Below are positions 1 through 10,337 of a stretch of 27,940 nt of DNA, one piece after another. The stretch lies in assembly GCF_006345805.1 (NCBI RefSeq), contig NW_021827545.1, forward strand, positions 1 to 27,940. The letters run 5' to 3'. The first letter of the stretch is position 1; every line of letters starts with the position of its first letter. This DNA comes from Octopus sinensis (Eukaryota). The notes under the pieces are model-generated. The model made no database searches. It was not told where the DNA came from and was given only the letters and a program-made list of their open reading frames with translations. Both the position numbers and the translations under genes were made by a program.

Positions 1-184
1 GAGGGGAAAGAGAGAGAGAGAGAGAAATGTGTATGTGTGTGTATATTTATCACCGACAGCCGGTATTAGTTTGTTTACGTCACCGTAACTTAGCAGTTCG
101 GCCACAGTGACCGATACACTAAGTACCAAGTTTGCAATAAACACTTCAAGGCTATATATATACTTCCAACACATTCATACTCAC

Positions 185-199
185 CCATGCATGCAGTAA
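185..199 (-). other. Possible 15-nt micro-exon (speculative)
   Basis: Minus strand reads atattttcag|TTACTGCATGCATGG|gtgagt: canonical acceptor and donor around a 15-nt segment that is open in all three frames. No homology support. Confidence 0.15.
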
Positions 200-432
200 C
201 TGAAAATATATTTTCCATTCCACAAGACTTAAGCGGAGCAGTGGTGCTACGATCACGTGTTCCAGTGTATGAGTGCGTAGAGATGGCATTAACGGTGTTG
301 TCGTATCACGAAGCCTTTTCATAATATGGAATAAGTGCTGCATATGTATATTTTCTTTTTCTGTGTATGTAAATGAGTGCCATGTGTCTTTTTCTATGTA
401 TGTATTTATGTATACATATACATATATATATA

Positions 433-435
433 TGT

Positions 436-520
<85 letters not shown>
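433..520. repeat. (TG)n microsatellite
   Basis: Nearly pure TG run; source of the VCVC/HTHT ORFs. Confidence 0.98.
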
Positions 521-521
<1 letters not shown>

Positions 522-847
522 CTGTATGCATGTGTTTTCGTGTGCGTGTGTGTGAGTGCATTTGGGTGCGTTCTCGTACATGAGTGTCCGGATGTAACTT
601 AAGATAAACAAAGTATATATATGATCTAATGATTTTTCAATGAAATACACATACACACACACACAAACACACACACACAAACACACACACTGATTGCTCC
701 ATCTCCCCAGAGGATTGCCGTCTCCTTGTAATTCTTCACTGTCAATGGCGCTTCCATTTTTTGTCACTCGTTGTTTACGTATTTAATTCGATTGTTTACG
801 TATTTCATGTTGCTTGCACAGTTGGTGACGTCCTGTACCCATATATA

Positions 848-1046
848 AAATGTGACCGCGTGTGTACCGTTGGCGATTTTTTTCCTCCGTCTTCCCTTCT
901 CTGGATCTTTCCTTTTCCTATGTTTCTGACGAGGAGCTCCGCTCGAAACGTAAAACCCTTCTTTCCTTGGCGTCCAATAATACTATATTTGTTCCACGTC
1001 CTCGCGTTGTTGTGTTTTCTCTTTGTATTTTCATGTTTGGATTAAC

Positions 1047-1048
<2 letters not shown>
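848..1048 (+). mobile_element. Penelope-like element pseudo-LTR remnant, family P1 copy 1
   Basis: About 200 bp, near-identical to 13345-13554, bounded by TA-rich sequence on both sides, and carrying a minimal hammerhead motif, a known hallmark of Penelope-like pLTRs. Confidence 0.7.
922..956 (+). ncRNA. Minimal type I hammerhead ribozyme, core intact
   Basis: GTTT-CTGACGA-G-GAGC(TCC)GCTC-GAA-ACGT-A^AAAC. Stem I GTTT/AAAC, conserved CUGANGA and GAAA, 4-bp stem II, palindromic ACGT stem III, predicted GUA cleavage after 952. Confidence 0.8.
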
Positions 1049-1090
<42 letters not shown>

Positions 1091-1106
1091 TTATATATAT
1101 ATATAT
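1047..1106. repeat. (TA)n microsatellite
   Basis: Long TA run with few interruptions. Confidence 0.95.
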
Positions 1107-1164
1107 AGAAATTTTAAAAGTACTAAGTCTCTATAAAAGAGATTACTGGCAGCGTTTACTGGAA

Positions 1165-1544
1165 ATTAATTGTTATCGCCATATTAATATGGCATTCTTA
1201 TAATATAAGAATATCGCTGCCGCTGTCAGCTCCATGAGGCCACCGCCTTAAGATAGCTATTGATACACGATCTGTATCCATTATAACCTTCGAACAAGGG
1301 AGGTCAGCCGCTTCACACTGCCAGTCCGACAGCTACAGACGCGTTTCGGGGTATTGTCCCTTGTCAATGTAGCGCAGTCAGACCCCGCAGGTGTCGCCAC
1401 TGACGTCTCTGTTCGAAGGTTATAATGGATACAGATCGTGTATCAATAGCTATCTTAAGGCGGTGGCCTCATGGAGCTGACCAGCGGCAGCGATTATTCT
1501 TATATCTATAAGAATGGCATATTAATATGGCGATAGCAATTAAT
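1165..1544. mobile_element. Fold-back element (arms about 132 bp), probable inverted Penelope-like pLTR, family P2
   Basis: 1165-1296 is the reverse complement of 1410-1544. The inner 71 bp (1226-1296 / 1410-1480) match perfectly, and the outer part has 2 substitutions and 3 one-base indels. The spacer contains a degenerate HHR. Confidence 0.75.
1332..1373 (-). ncRNA. Degenerate minimal hammerhead ribozyme
   Basis: Minus strand GCTACA-TTGACAA-GGG(ACAATAC)CCC-GAA-ACGCGT-C^TGTAGC. Perfect 6-bp stem I, palindromic ACGCGT stem III, GUC site. Core CTGANGA is mutated at two positions (TTGACAA). Confidence 0.7.
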
Positions 1545-1588
1545 ATATATATATATCATTATTATTTAACTGAACATATCCATTTCCA

Positions 1589-1637
<49 letters not shown>

Positions 1638-1646
1638 GTATATACT

Positions 1647-1738
1647 CCATGCTGGAGCACTGTGTTTAGTCGAGCAAATCGACGCCAGGACCTATTCTTT
1701 GTAAGCCTAGTACTTATTCTATCGGTCTCTCTTGCCGA
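1647..1738 (-). mobile_element. SINE family A, 3' fragment
   Basis: catgctggagcac...gtaagcctagtacttattctatcggtctc matches the reverse complement of the family A tail (e.g. 17087-17485). Confidence 0.85.
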
Positions 1739-1885
1739 TATATATATATATATATATATATATCCTGCTACATGACTGTGGTAAGTCTAGCGATTCTGTT
1801 GATTTAGTTTACGTTTAAGAAAAGCTCATTTTGACACAACTAAAACTTGAACGAATTTCGGTTGTTTGGCTATGTGTAATAGTCA

Positions 1886-2056
1886 CTTTGTTGTTGTTGT
1901 TGCCGTTGTTGTTGTTACTGTTGTTGTTGTTGTTATTGTTCATAGTGTTGTTGTTATTGTTCATAGTGTTGTTGTTATTGTTCATAGTGTTGTTGTTATT
2001 GTTCATAGTGTTGTTGTTGCAGTTGGTTCTTGCTCTCGTTGTTGTTGTTGTTGTTT
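1886..2056. repeat. (GTT)n microsatellite with 4 x 21-bp higher-order unit
   Basis: gttgttgttattgttcatagt repeated exactly four times (1926-2009) inside a GTT array. Confidence 0.95.
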
Positions 2057-2370
2057 CTATTACAGCTAACTTCGAAACTACTCTTTTTAAATGTTTGGGA
2101 TATATTTTTCTATTAATTTTTAACTAAAATATTCATTTTTCTTTCTTTTTATTCTTTTGTACATTGATCTGGGTTTCAATTTCTTTTTCGTCTGTTTTTT
2201 TCTTTTTCTTCTTCTTCTATTATAGTTTTCAATCTTGTAATTAATTATAGATCTTTTTACTAGAATTCCAAAGAAAATTTCATTTTGGAAATGCATGAAT
2301 GAATCGTGTCTCGAAGAAAAACTACATCTTCACACTACGATAGTCGATAATAATAATAATAATAATAATG

Positions 2371-2414
<44 letters not shown>

Positions 2415-2416
<2 letters not shown>

Positions 2417-2968
2417 GCCCTGATGCAGTACCAGGCAGTGGCTCTCATGGCTTCTGATCTTAACTGATTGGAAGTGTTATCATGTACATTGTTTTGTCTT
2501 GGTATAAAAGATGGGCTACAGCAAATATTCTGCTCAATACCACAGATTTGCTTGTCAGTTGTTTGACCTTAACCCAGTTGAGCATGTCCCTTAGTGGCTG
2601 ACGATATGTGCATCTCTGATCACGAGCAGAAGTAGTGGGGGAGCATCATAGCCATGTGTTGAGAGGGATGCTTTGGGGTTTGAATAGTTCACACCTCTGG
2701 AAACATGGGTGGTTCTTTCAACATCCTTAAACAACCCTATTCGGGGACCGTTTGAGCGGGATGGCTACTCAACCTGAAGAAAATTCAAACTGGGCCCACC
2801 TGCAAGGTCATTCGTGTTTATCTTGATATGAGATCACCATGTCGCGCACATATGGTTGTGATGCATGTGCCTGGGTACCTTTATCAGACGGGTAGTCATG
2901 ATGGGTATATTGGGCTTCGTATATTTTACCCCAGTGTCACTTTGATGGCATGAACTGCTCTCTCACTC
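2415..2968 (+). mobile_element. Retroelement 3' UTR-like fragment embedded in (AAT)n (possibly Dong/R4 clade)
   Basis: 554 bp of complex sequence with (AAT)n on both sides (about 2348-2413 and 2969-2990). No ORF. The clade is inferred from the known TAA-repeat targeting of Dong elements. Confidence 0.5.
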
Positions 2969-3330
2969 AATAATAATAATAATAATAATAAACAGAAGAA
3001 TAAGAAATCACTGACAATGAGTATTTTGATAATAATAATAATAATTTGAGGCGGAGGAAGATGAGGATTTTTTTATTTGCTACAGAAGAAGAAGAAGAAA
3101 TCACTAACAGTGGTTTTTATTTACATTTTTAAGAAGCAGTCGGTGGGAGGGAGACGGTCTTCTATAATTATTCTTCCTTATTATTATTATTATTATTCTG
3201 CGATTTTTGCTGTTTTTTTTTTTTGGCGCAAATTCCTGTAACCCACTTTTACTGGAATAAAATTGGAGAATATATTTTCAAATATAATATTTCCTGAACT
3301 TGGCAATGTGGCCAGCAACGGCGTCACGTC

Positions 3331-3877
3331 TACTTCTACCATCACCACCATTACTGCAACCATCATCATCATCACCACTACCACCATTACCATCACTTTA
3401 CCATTGCCAGTACCAGCAATACAATCAGTATCATCATTAGAACCACTATTACCATCATCTCCGCCACCGTCACCATTACCATCACCACAACAACAACAGC
3501 AATCACCCCACCACTACCACCAATACCATCACCACAATCATCATCACATCACCACCACCATCCCATCATCATCATCATCATCATCACCATCACAACACTA
3601 TCACCACCACAACTATCACCACCACCACCATCACATCACCACCGTCATCATCCCCACCACCATCACCACCACCATCATCATCACCACTATCATCATTACC
3701 ACCATCATCATCATCACCGTCATCATCACCACCGTCATCATCACCACCACCATCCTCATCATCACCACCACCATCACTACCATCATCACCACCACCACCA
3801 TCATCCCCGCCATCATCACCACCGTCATCATCCCCGCTATCATCATCACCACCATCATCATCACCACTATATCATCA
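3331..3877. repeat. Compound (CAT/CAC/CAA)n microsatellite
   Basis: Degenerate trinucleotide array; produces the low-complexity 228-aa T/I/H/S ORF at 3263-3949. Confidence 0.95.
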
Positions 3878-4489
3878 TGTGACAACCGATGCAAGCTCTG
3901 CGAAATTAATATTGAGTATTTTCTCCCACATCGTAAGTTGCTGTCCTAAAATGCTATCACCGATAATTATTACCAACCAATGAGACATGATGACATGGCC
4001 AGAACGCTATATAACGGAGTCTGTGGAAAGGATAACCGCGAGGAGATATATGTAAGAAACTATAGTGAGGGCATAATCACACGTAATTTGAAAGAATACG
4101 AGTGGAATGTCTCTGTGAAGACTTCAAGAAATTGTGAGCATAAAACACCAACATAATAAACTGGGACAAACGGAGGAAACTTAAGCGCAGTAATTGAAGT
4201 TGAATAGCAGGTATCAACTATCAACGTAATCTTAAAGATTGGTGGAAAAGAAAGCATCTATGCCGAACTGATAAGAAATCTACAGGTAGTTCACCTGGAG
4301 CGTAGTTTTAGATTTTTAGCAATAATTGTTGGAGCGCTTGGCTGCGAGATTAACTGTCTCTGTATCAGTTTTGAGAAGCCGGGATTCACAAAACGAGAAA
4401 GAACACGCATTCTCAGAAGATTACAGCCACTAGCTGTCAAAGGCACTGTCAGTGTGTGTGAAACATTTATGAAGTTCAGCATAGCATGA
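3878..4489 (+). pseudogene. Decayed C-terminus of an R4/Dong-like non-LTR retrotransposon ORF (CCHC knuckle plus restriction-like endonuclease)
   Basis: Translating across frameshifts gives CDNRCKLC..(FS)HIVSCCP, MRHDDMARTLY, WNVSVKT..HKTP/NII.WDK, AVIEV, KESIYAELIRNLQ, FLAIIVGALG, RRLQ..AVKGTVSVCETFMKFSIA*. The CCHC, RHD, K..Y and IIVGALG motifs are typical of RLE-bearing LINEs. At least 4 frameshifts and one internal stop. Confidence 0.85.
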
Positions 4490-4513
4490 GATTTACATCA
4501 ATGCCTACGCCCA

Positions 4514-4549
<36 letters not shown>

Positions 4550-4550
<1 letters not shown>

Positions 4551-4853
4551 TCTTTTACTTGTTTCAGTCATTTGACTGTGGCCATGCTGGAGCACCGCCT
4601 TTAGTCGAGCAAATTGACCCCAGGATTTATTCTTTGTAAGCCTAGTACTTATTCTATCGTTCTCTTTTGCCGAACCGCTAAGTTACAGGGATGTAAGCAC
4701 ACCAGTATCGGTTCTCATATATATACTTATATACGTCAGGCTTCTTTCAGTTTCCGTCTACCAAATCCACTCACAAGGTGCCACGCAGTGGGACTGAACC
4801 CTGAAGCATGTGGTTGGTAAGCAAGCTACTTACCACACAGCGACTCCTACGCC
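4550..4853 (-). mobile_element. SINE family A (tRNA-like head, internal microsatellite, conserved tail), internally deleted
   Basis: Reverse complement of the family A head (ggcgtaggagtcgctgtgtggtaagtagc...ggttcagtccc) and tail (...aatgactgaaacaagtaaaagag). Confidence 0.9.
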
Positions 4854-4903
4854 TATATATATATAATTGCAGCGTAGATGTTTATAAAACCGTTAGATTC
4901 GTG

Positions 4904-4934
<31 letters not shown>

Positions 4935-5226
4935 TGCGCGTGTGTGTGTGTGTGTGTGTATAAGTCATAAATGACAGAGAAGTAGTTTGATTAAATTTTA
5001 TTTAACAAGAAAATTCTAACAACATGACAAATTGTTTCGTAAGTTAGAAACCGGTAAATAATTTACATTATTACATATAATAATAGATAAATTACTTACA
5101 TTTAACAAAGACTTTCTGTCAGCTGAGGACGTAGCTTAAACTCTGCATTATTTTGAAGGATTTTCTGCATTTTGCATTAATGTAGATAGATAATGTATTC
5201 GTTATTAAACATCCTTTTATAAATTA

Positions 5227-5624
5227 CTGGCAGTATCGCCCGGCGTTGCTCGGGTTTGTAAGGGAAATAACTATATAAGCATTTTTAGAGAGTTATAGCC
5301 AAAAATTAGCAAAAAAATGCATTAAAAATGGAAAAAAAAATGATGGTAAATTTTTTTTTTAATCGTTGACTCATCGTAGACATTTTTAGAGAGTTACTTC
5401 CCTTATATAATAGCGAAAAAATGCATTAAAATGGAAAAAATGATGGTAAATTATTTTTAAAATCGTAGACTCATCGTAGACGCGCGCTAATACCCAGAAG
5501 GGCTCGATATGAATCACGTCTATAAGATACCCGGTTTTGGTTAAACTGCACCGCAAAATGTGGGAGTAGTTAGGAATTTAAATCGTAGGAGACAGGCACA
5601 TAACTTGACTTTTATATATAAAGA
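5227..5624 (-). mobile_element. Non-autonomous Helitron-like element
   Basis: Minus strand starts A|TCTTTATATATAAAA and ends with hairpin CCCGAGCAACGCCGGG, 8 nt, then CCAG|T (CTAG variant). A|T insertion site with no TSD. Internal tandem duplication of about 100 bp (about 5280-5380 and 5380-5481). Confidence 0.8.
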
Positions 5625-5682
5625 TTTACATAGGAACTGCGAAACTGCAGCGCTCCTTATTTTCATTCGATATTATCGATAA

Positions 5683-6017
5683 TCTCTCTATATATAAACG
5701 GCAAAATGTTTATGTGTGTGTGTGCATGTCCTTTATACAAATCCACAATTTTTCAGTTAGAGGGCTCACACTTTCTATGGTCATTCAAAACTGTCCAAAG
5801 GTGGTCGTGCACATCTTTACATTTCCCCAGTCACCCTTCAAAGCCATTAAAAAATCAATAGAAGTAACTTTTTTGTGAATTTTCTATCCAAAACCCAGTC
5901 AAAATGCCCGAAACTTGATACGCCAATTGAATGCCAGCTAGCTGTATGTGATTGGTCGGAGATTTGGACAGTACTCGTGTGTATGTACGCACGCACGCAG
6001 CTGTATATGCATGCTAG
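5683..6017 (+). mobile_element. Helitron/Helentron-like non-autonomous element (3' end uncertain)
   Basis: Starts A|TCTCTCTATATATAAACGG followed by a short (GT)n. Candidate end CTAG|T at 6014-6018, but no clear subterminal hairpin. Confidence 0.5.
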
Positions 6018-6564
6018 TACTCAATATAATGAGTCCTTTTTTCTTTAAATCTTTTTTCTTTAAATGTTTGTACATTATATAATCCTTAAGCTTAATGTCA
6101 GTAGCCATCCTCTAGTTTATGAAAACAAATACAAAAATCCTTGTATAGAACTATGCGCTTCGCAGTTCCAGCGACGCGGTGTTTGGCCGTTGTGCGCATG
6201 CTCACATGTCCGAGATAGGAAGCTTCACACAAAGGAGAGAGAGCACTGCGTGAACGACAGTGCCGGAGGTAAAGTAGTGTTTCTTTTTGACTCCGCGTGA
6301 GTTGTGCTTAAAAACATGATTATATGTGATAAAATGTAGAATAAAATAATTATCCTGCTTCCAGCTTCAGTGTTGCTGCTAGGATTTGAAAAATAGGACA
6401 CATTTCCTCACTTATTTTGTGATTTAGGGTTTTCTTGTTTTTTTGTCGTTCTTTTTTAACAAGGGGGAATTCACGGCGCTGTTCAGTGAACGAATTAAAC
6501 ACACTACCCGGCAGTGGCTAAAACGCGAACCGATCGAGTTTATGTATAAATTTCCTTTTTATAT

Positions 6565-7666
6565 TGTTGTGGGTTCAGCTTAAGGACAGTTGGCTGCGAC
6601 CTACTTTGGAATATATCCATTGTCCTGTCAGATTCAGGGGGATTGATTGGTTCTGGGTAGACCTGCGACCCCTTTCGGGTGAACTAAAGTTCGTTCTAAA
6701 CACCCCTTAAAGAAGGAAGAATCTAGTGACAGTGAAAAAGAGGAAGAAGAAAGTAGTGAGGAAGACAGAGTAAGGAATCTGGGAGCTATCATGAGAGATG
6801 ACAGTAGATTAAGAGAGGATGAGGGGCAGAGGAAGACAGGCTGAGAGTGATTGCAACAGAGCTAGGAGAGATTGGGAGTAGTGACAGAGCAAGAGGTTTT
6901 GGCAGTCGGTATTTGGTCGTCAAGGCGAGCGGTTGGATTTAGGAGTCAGGATTTTGGAATTCAGGGTAAGCGGTTTAGCAAGTTGGAGTTAGCAGTACTG
7001 AGAGAGATGAGGTGCAATATGAGACACTGGCCATTCTAGTAGGAACTAAGGTACGTGAATTGTGTATTGATATGTGAAGAAAAAGAAGGAAAAAGAATCG
7101 ATGTAAAGAGACTGTTGAAAAGAAATGAGACAGTGAAAAGAGCAATGTGAACTGTGTAAAGACATTGTGTACAGAGTTGTTAAAAAGGAATTTAATGAAC
7201 AATGTGAACTGTTGTGAATTGAACATTGATTTGTAACGTGAACTTATTTGTCTACGAACATTGTATATGCCTTTAATGTGATTTGAAACAGAACTGTTGT
7301 CTCCGGACGTGTACTCTTGAAATGCTGTTGTTATTGAATTTGATGTGTTGTTACCGGACAGTTTAAATGCTTTGATACCTGTATGATGTATTGAGTTGTT
7401 ACTTGCATGTCCTCTTTTAAATGTATCTGATATGTATTTGATGTTGTAACAATTAATAGTCATATAAACTAGTTGTTAAACGTAGCCAATTGCCTTGCCT
7501 TCTTTGTGTCTCTCTCGGTTGCCTCTGTATCTCTTCTTGCTGCTGCAGCTGTTGTTGTCTATCTCTCTCCTCTCCGAGTTTCCGTGGCGAACTTATTCGC
7601 TGATCGAACGGGCTTGTGTGAGGGATTCCGTAACAGCTTTCGTTCGACGGAGGGCCCCTCGTAACA
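6565..7666. mobile_element. Solo LTR (1102 bp) of an LTR retrotransposon, Gypsy-like
   Basis: Termini TGTT...AACA (TGTTGTGGG...CGTAACA) flanked by an exact 4-bp TSD ATAT (6561-6564 and 7667-7670). No gag/pol motifs inside. Confidence 0.85.
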
Positions 7667-7739
7667 ATATGTTCGTTTCCTTTTATACAGTATTAAAACG
7701 ACGGCTAAAAATTTTCTGAAGCAGTACCCCCTCTAATTT

Positions 7740-7832
7740 TATCTACGACCCGCCACTGCCCTCGAATATTGCGGATGATAAGCCCGCGTGATAGGTGAAA
7801 ATCCGCGAAGTTAAAACAGTACTGTACTGTAT
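7740..7832. mobile_element. Possible decayed pogo/Tigger-like MITE end
   Basis: ataggtgaaaatccgcga resembles ataggtgaaccgcga in the mini-MITE at 13217-13297 and is followed by ...actgtactgTA. No matching left TIR found. Confidence 0.3.
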
Positions 7833-7839
7833 ACTTATT

Positions 7840-8202
7840 ACCAACCACATGGTTCCGGGTTCAGGCCCACTGCGTGGCACCTTAGGTAAGTTTCTTCTAC
7901 TATAGCCACGGGCCGACCAAAGCCTTGTGAGTGGATTTGGTAGACGGAAACTGAAAGAAGCCCGTCGTATATGCGTATATATATGTATGTGTGTGTATGT
8001 GTTTCTGTGTCTGTGTTGTCCCCCCAGCATCGCTTGACAACCGATGCTGGTGTGTTTACGTCCCCGTAACGTGGCAGTTCGGCAAAAGAGACCGATAGAA
8101 TAAGTACTAGGCTTACTAAGAATAACTCCTGGGGTCGATTTGCTCGACTAAAGTCGGTGCTCCAGCATGGCCACAGTCAAATGACTGAAACAAGTGGAAG
8201 AG
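7840..8202 (+). mobile_element. SINE family A, 5' truncated
   Basis: ccaaccacatggttccgggttcagg...gcatggccacagtcaaatgactgaaacaag, with an internal (TA/TG) tract. Confidence 0.92.
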
Positions 8203-8266
8203 TATGTGTATATGTACATGTGTACATACTCAGTTACATACATAGATACATACATAGACATAGACA

Positions 8267-8337
8267 TCCCATGTGGCCTAGTGGTTAGGATTCTTGGCTT
8301 TCACCCAGGCGACCCAGTTCGATTCCCGGCATGGGAA
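8267..8337 (+). tRNA. tRNA-Glu(TTC), probable pseudogene
   Basis: TCCCATG/CATGGGA acceptor stem, D-arm CCT/AGG, anticodon arm CTTGG-CTTTCAC-CCAGG, TTCGATT loop. It is 71 nt, the 5' strand of the T-stem is one base short (CCCAG vs CCCGG), and there is no T4 terminator immediately downstream. Confidence 0.85.
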
Positions 8338-8344
8338 AGCGCAT

Positions 8345-8410
8345 TATTGTTAACTGGTGGTGCCCCAGCATGGCCACAGCCTCAAGGCTGGAACATATAA
8401 AAGAATAAAA
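8345..8410 (+). mobile_element. Diverged SINE family A 3' tail directly after the tRNA-Glu
   Basis: ggtggtgccccagcatggccacagc...gaacatataaaagaataaaa resembles ggcggtgctccagcatggccgcag...gaaacaagtaaaagagtaaaag. Confidence 0.7.
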
Positions 8411-9226
8411 CATACATACATAGATAGATAGATAGATACATACACGCGTGCATGTACACATACATAGATACAGACAAATACACGCATACATATATACATA
8501 CATAGATACAGACAGACAAACGCGCACGTGTGCGCGTACATGCACAGACACACACAGATACATACATACACACACTCATACACACATACATACATACGTA
8601 CATACATGCATGCATACATACATACATACACTAGCACACACACACAGACACACACATACATACATACATATATACACACACACATCCACGCGCGCACGCA
8701 CACACACACACATACCCGCCTGCATACGAAGATACATATCGATAACAAATCCGGTATGTAGACGTGAACGGATGTAATATATTTTGAGATGAGGAATGAG
8801 GGCAAGAGCGAGCGAGCTGCATTATATCTTTCCTAAGTCTTTTTGTTTTGTTTTCATTTTCTTTTTTAATATAGATATTGATTTATCGATTGGGTATTTG
8901 GGAGATGAGAAATACACAAAACACCACACACAAACACCAACATTCACACTCAATCATAGATGCTTCCCCACCTTCTCTCTCTCTCTCTCCCTCACACACA
9001 CATCCATATGTATATACACATATATATATCCATATATATATACATACATACACACGCATACATATCTATATACACACATACATACACACGCATACATTTC
9101 CATATATATACACACACATCCATATCCGTATACTCACACACACACACATCCATACATATATACACACACATAGATACATATCCATATATATATACATACA
9201 CACACACATACATACATCTATATACA

Positions 9227-9257
<31 letters not shown>

Positions 9258-9271
9258 TATATTATATATTA

Positions 9272-9305
<34 letters not shown>

Positions 9306-9432
9306 CTTCGATTCTGTATCTGGTTTGCATAATGACTCTTCATTATATATATAATATGTGTGTGTGTGTGTCCACGTGTGTATGAGTGTGAGTGCGCTGT
9401 GTATATGTACACACACACATACACACACACAA
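8411..9432. repeat. Compound (CATA/CA/TA/GATA/TC)n microsatellite tracts
   Basis: Mostly simple repeats with a unique gap around 8740-8970; source of many H/T/Y/I/V/C/M ORFs. Confidence 0.9.
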
Positions 9433-9677
9433 ACAGAGATGGATGTGTACAAAACAAAACAACGGATAGATAATGATTATGAAACCAGATCTATGGAAGC
9501 TGCTTTTGTGATGAAATCAAATATGAAAATCCGAAGAAAATGATAGACGGATCAGCCAATCGTTGCCAGAGTACGTTTGCTTGGTGTCATTGTGGTTGTT
9601 CTCCTTGTTGTTGCTGTTACTTCTAAGTCGGCTTACATTCGAATCTGCCAAATATGAGTGACTAAGCAGTCTATCCA

Positions 9678-9724
<47 letters not shown>

Positions 9725-9863
9725 TGTGGATACAGTCGAGTTGTTTAGAAGTATGGTTGAGAAGTTTGCCTGCGTGTAAGACGCACTCACGCATTGCATA
9801 AGACGCGCCTCTATATTGCAAGTGTGTTTTGCGAGGAAAAATAATATTAATTTAGTATGTCTA

Positions 9864-10305
9864 GGCGTGGCTGCGTGGTAAGAAGCTTGCTTGCCAATCA
9901 TATGGGTCCGGGTTCGTCTCCACTGCGTGGTACCTTCGGCAAATGTCTTTACTATACCCTCGGACTGACCAAAGCCTTGTGAGTAGATTTGGTAGGCGGA
10001 AACTCAAAGATGCTCGTCGTGTATATATATATATATATATATAGATAGATAGATAGATATGCATACATATGTGTGTGTGTATGCGTGCGTGTGTATATAT
10101 CAATGTATGTACTTCTTTTTATATGTGTTCGTACCCATCCACTGCTTGACACGGTGTTGGTGTGTTTACGTCCCCGTAACTTAGAGGCTCGACAAAAGGA
10201 GAGCGAGACTTAAAGAAGAAAAAGTTAAAACCTTTAGTCCATTTGTTCGACAAAGATTCAAGACGGTGCTCCAGCATGCCCACAGTCAAATGACTGAAAC
10301 GAGTT
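9864..10305 (+). mobile_element. SINE family A, full length, diverged
   Basis: Head ggcgtggctgcgtggtaagaagc (A box) ... ggttcgtctcc (B box), internal (TA)(GATA)(TG), tail ...aatgactgaaacgag. Confidence 0.9.
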
Positions 10306-10337
10306 ACAGGTACAGGCACGTGTGTGTGTGTGTGTGT

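Noticed and set aside
3263-3949. 228-aa ORF
   Set aside because: Translation of a CAT/CAC microsatellite; only the last about 20 codons are meaningful, and they belong to the decayed LINE.
6975-7463. 162-aa minus-strand ORF
   Set aside because: Lies wholly within the solo LTR, has no gag/pol or other motif, and is explained by compositional strand bias.
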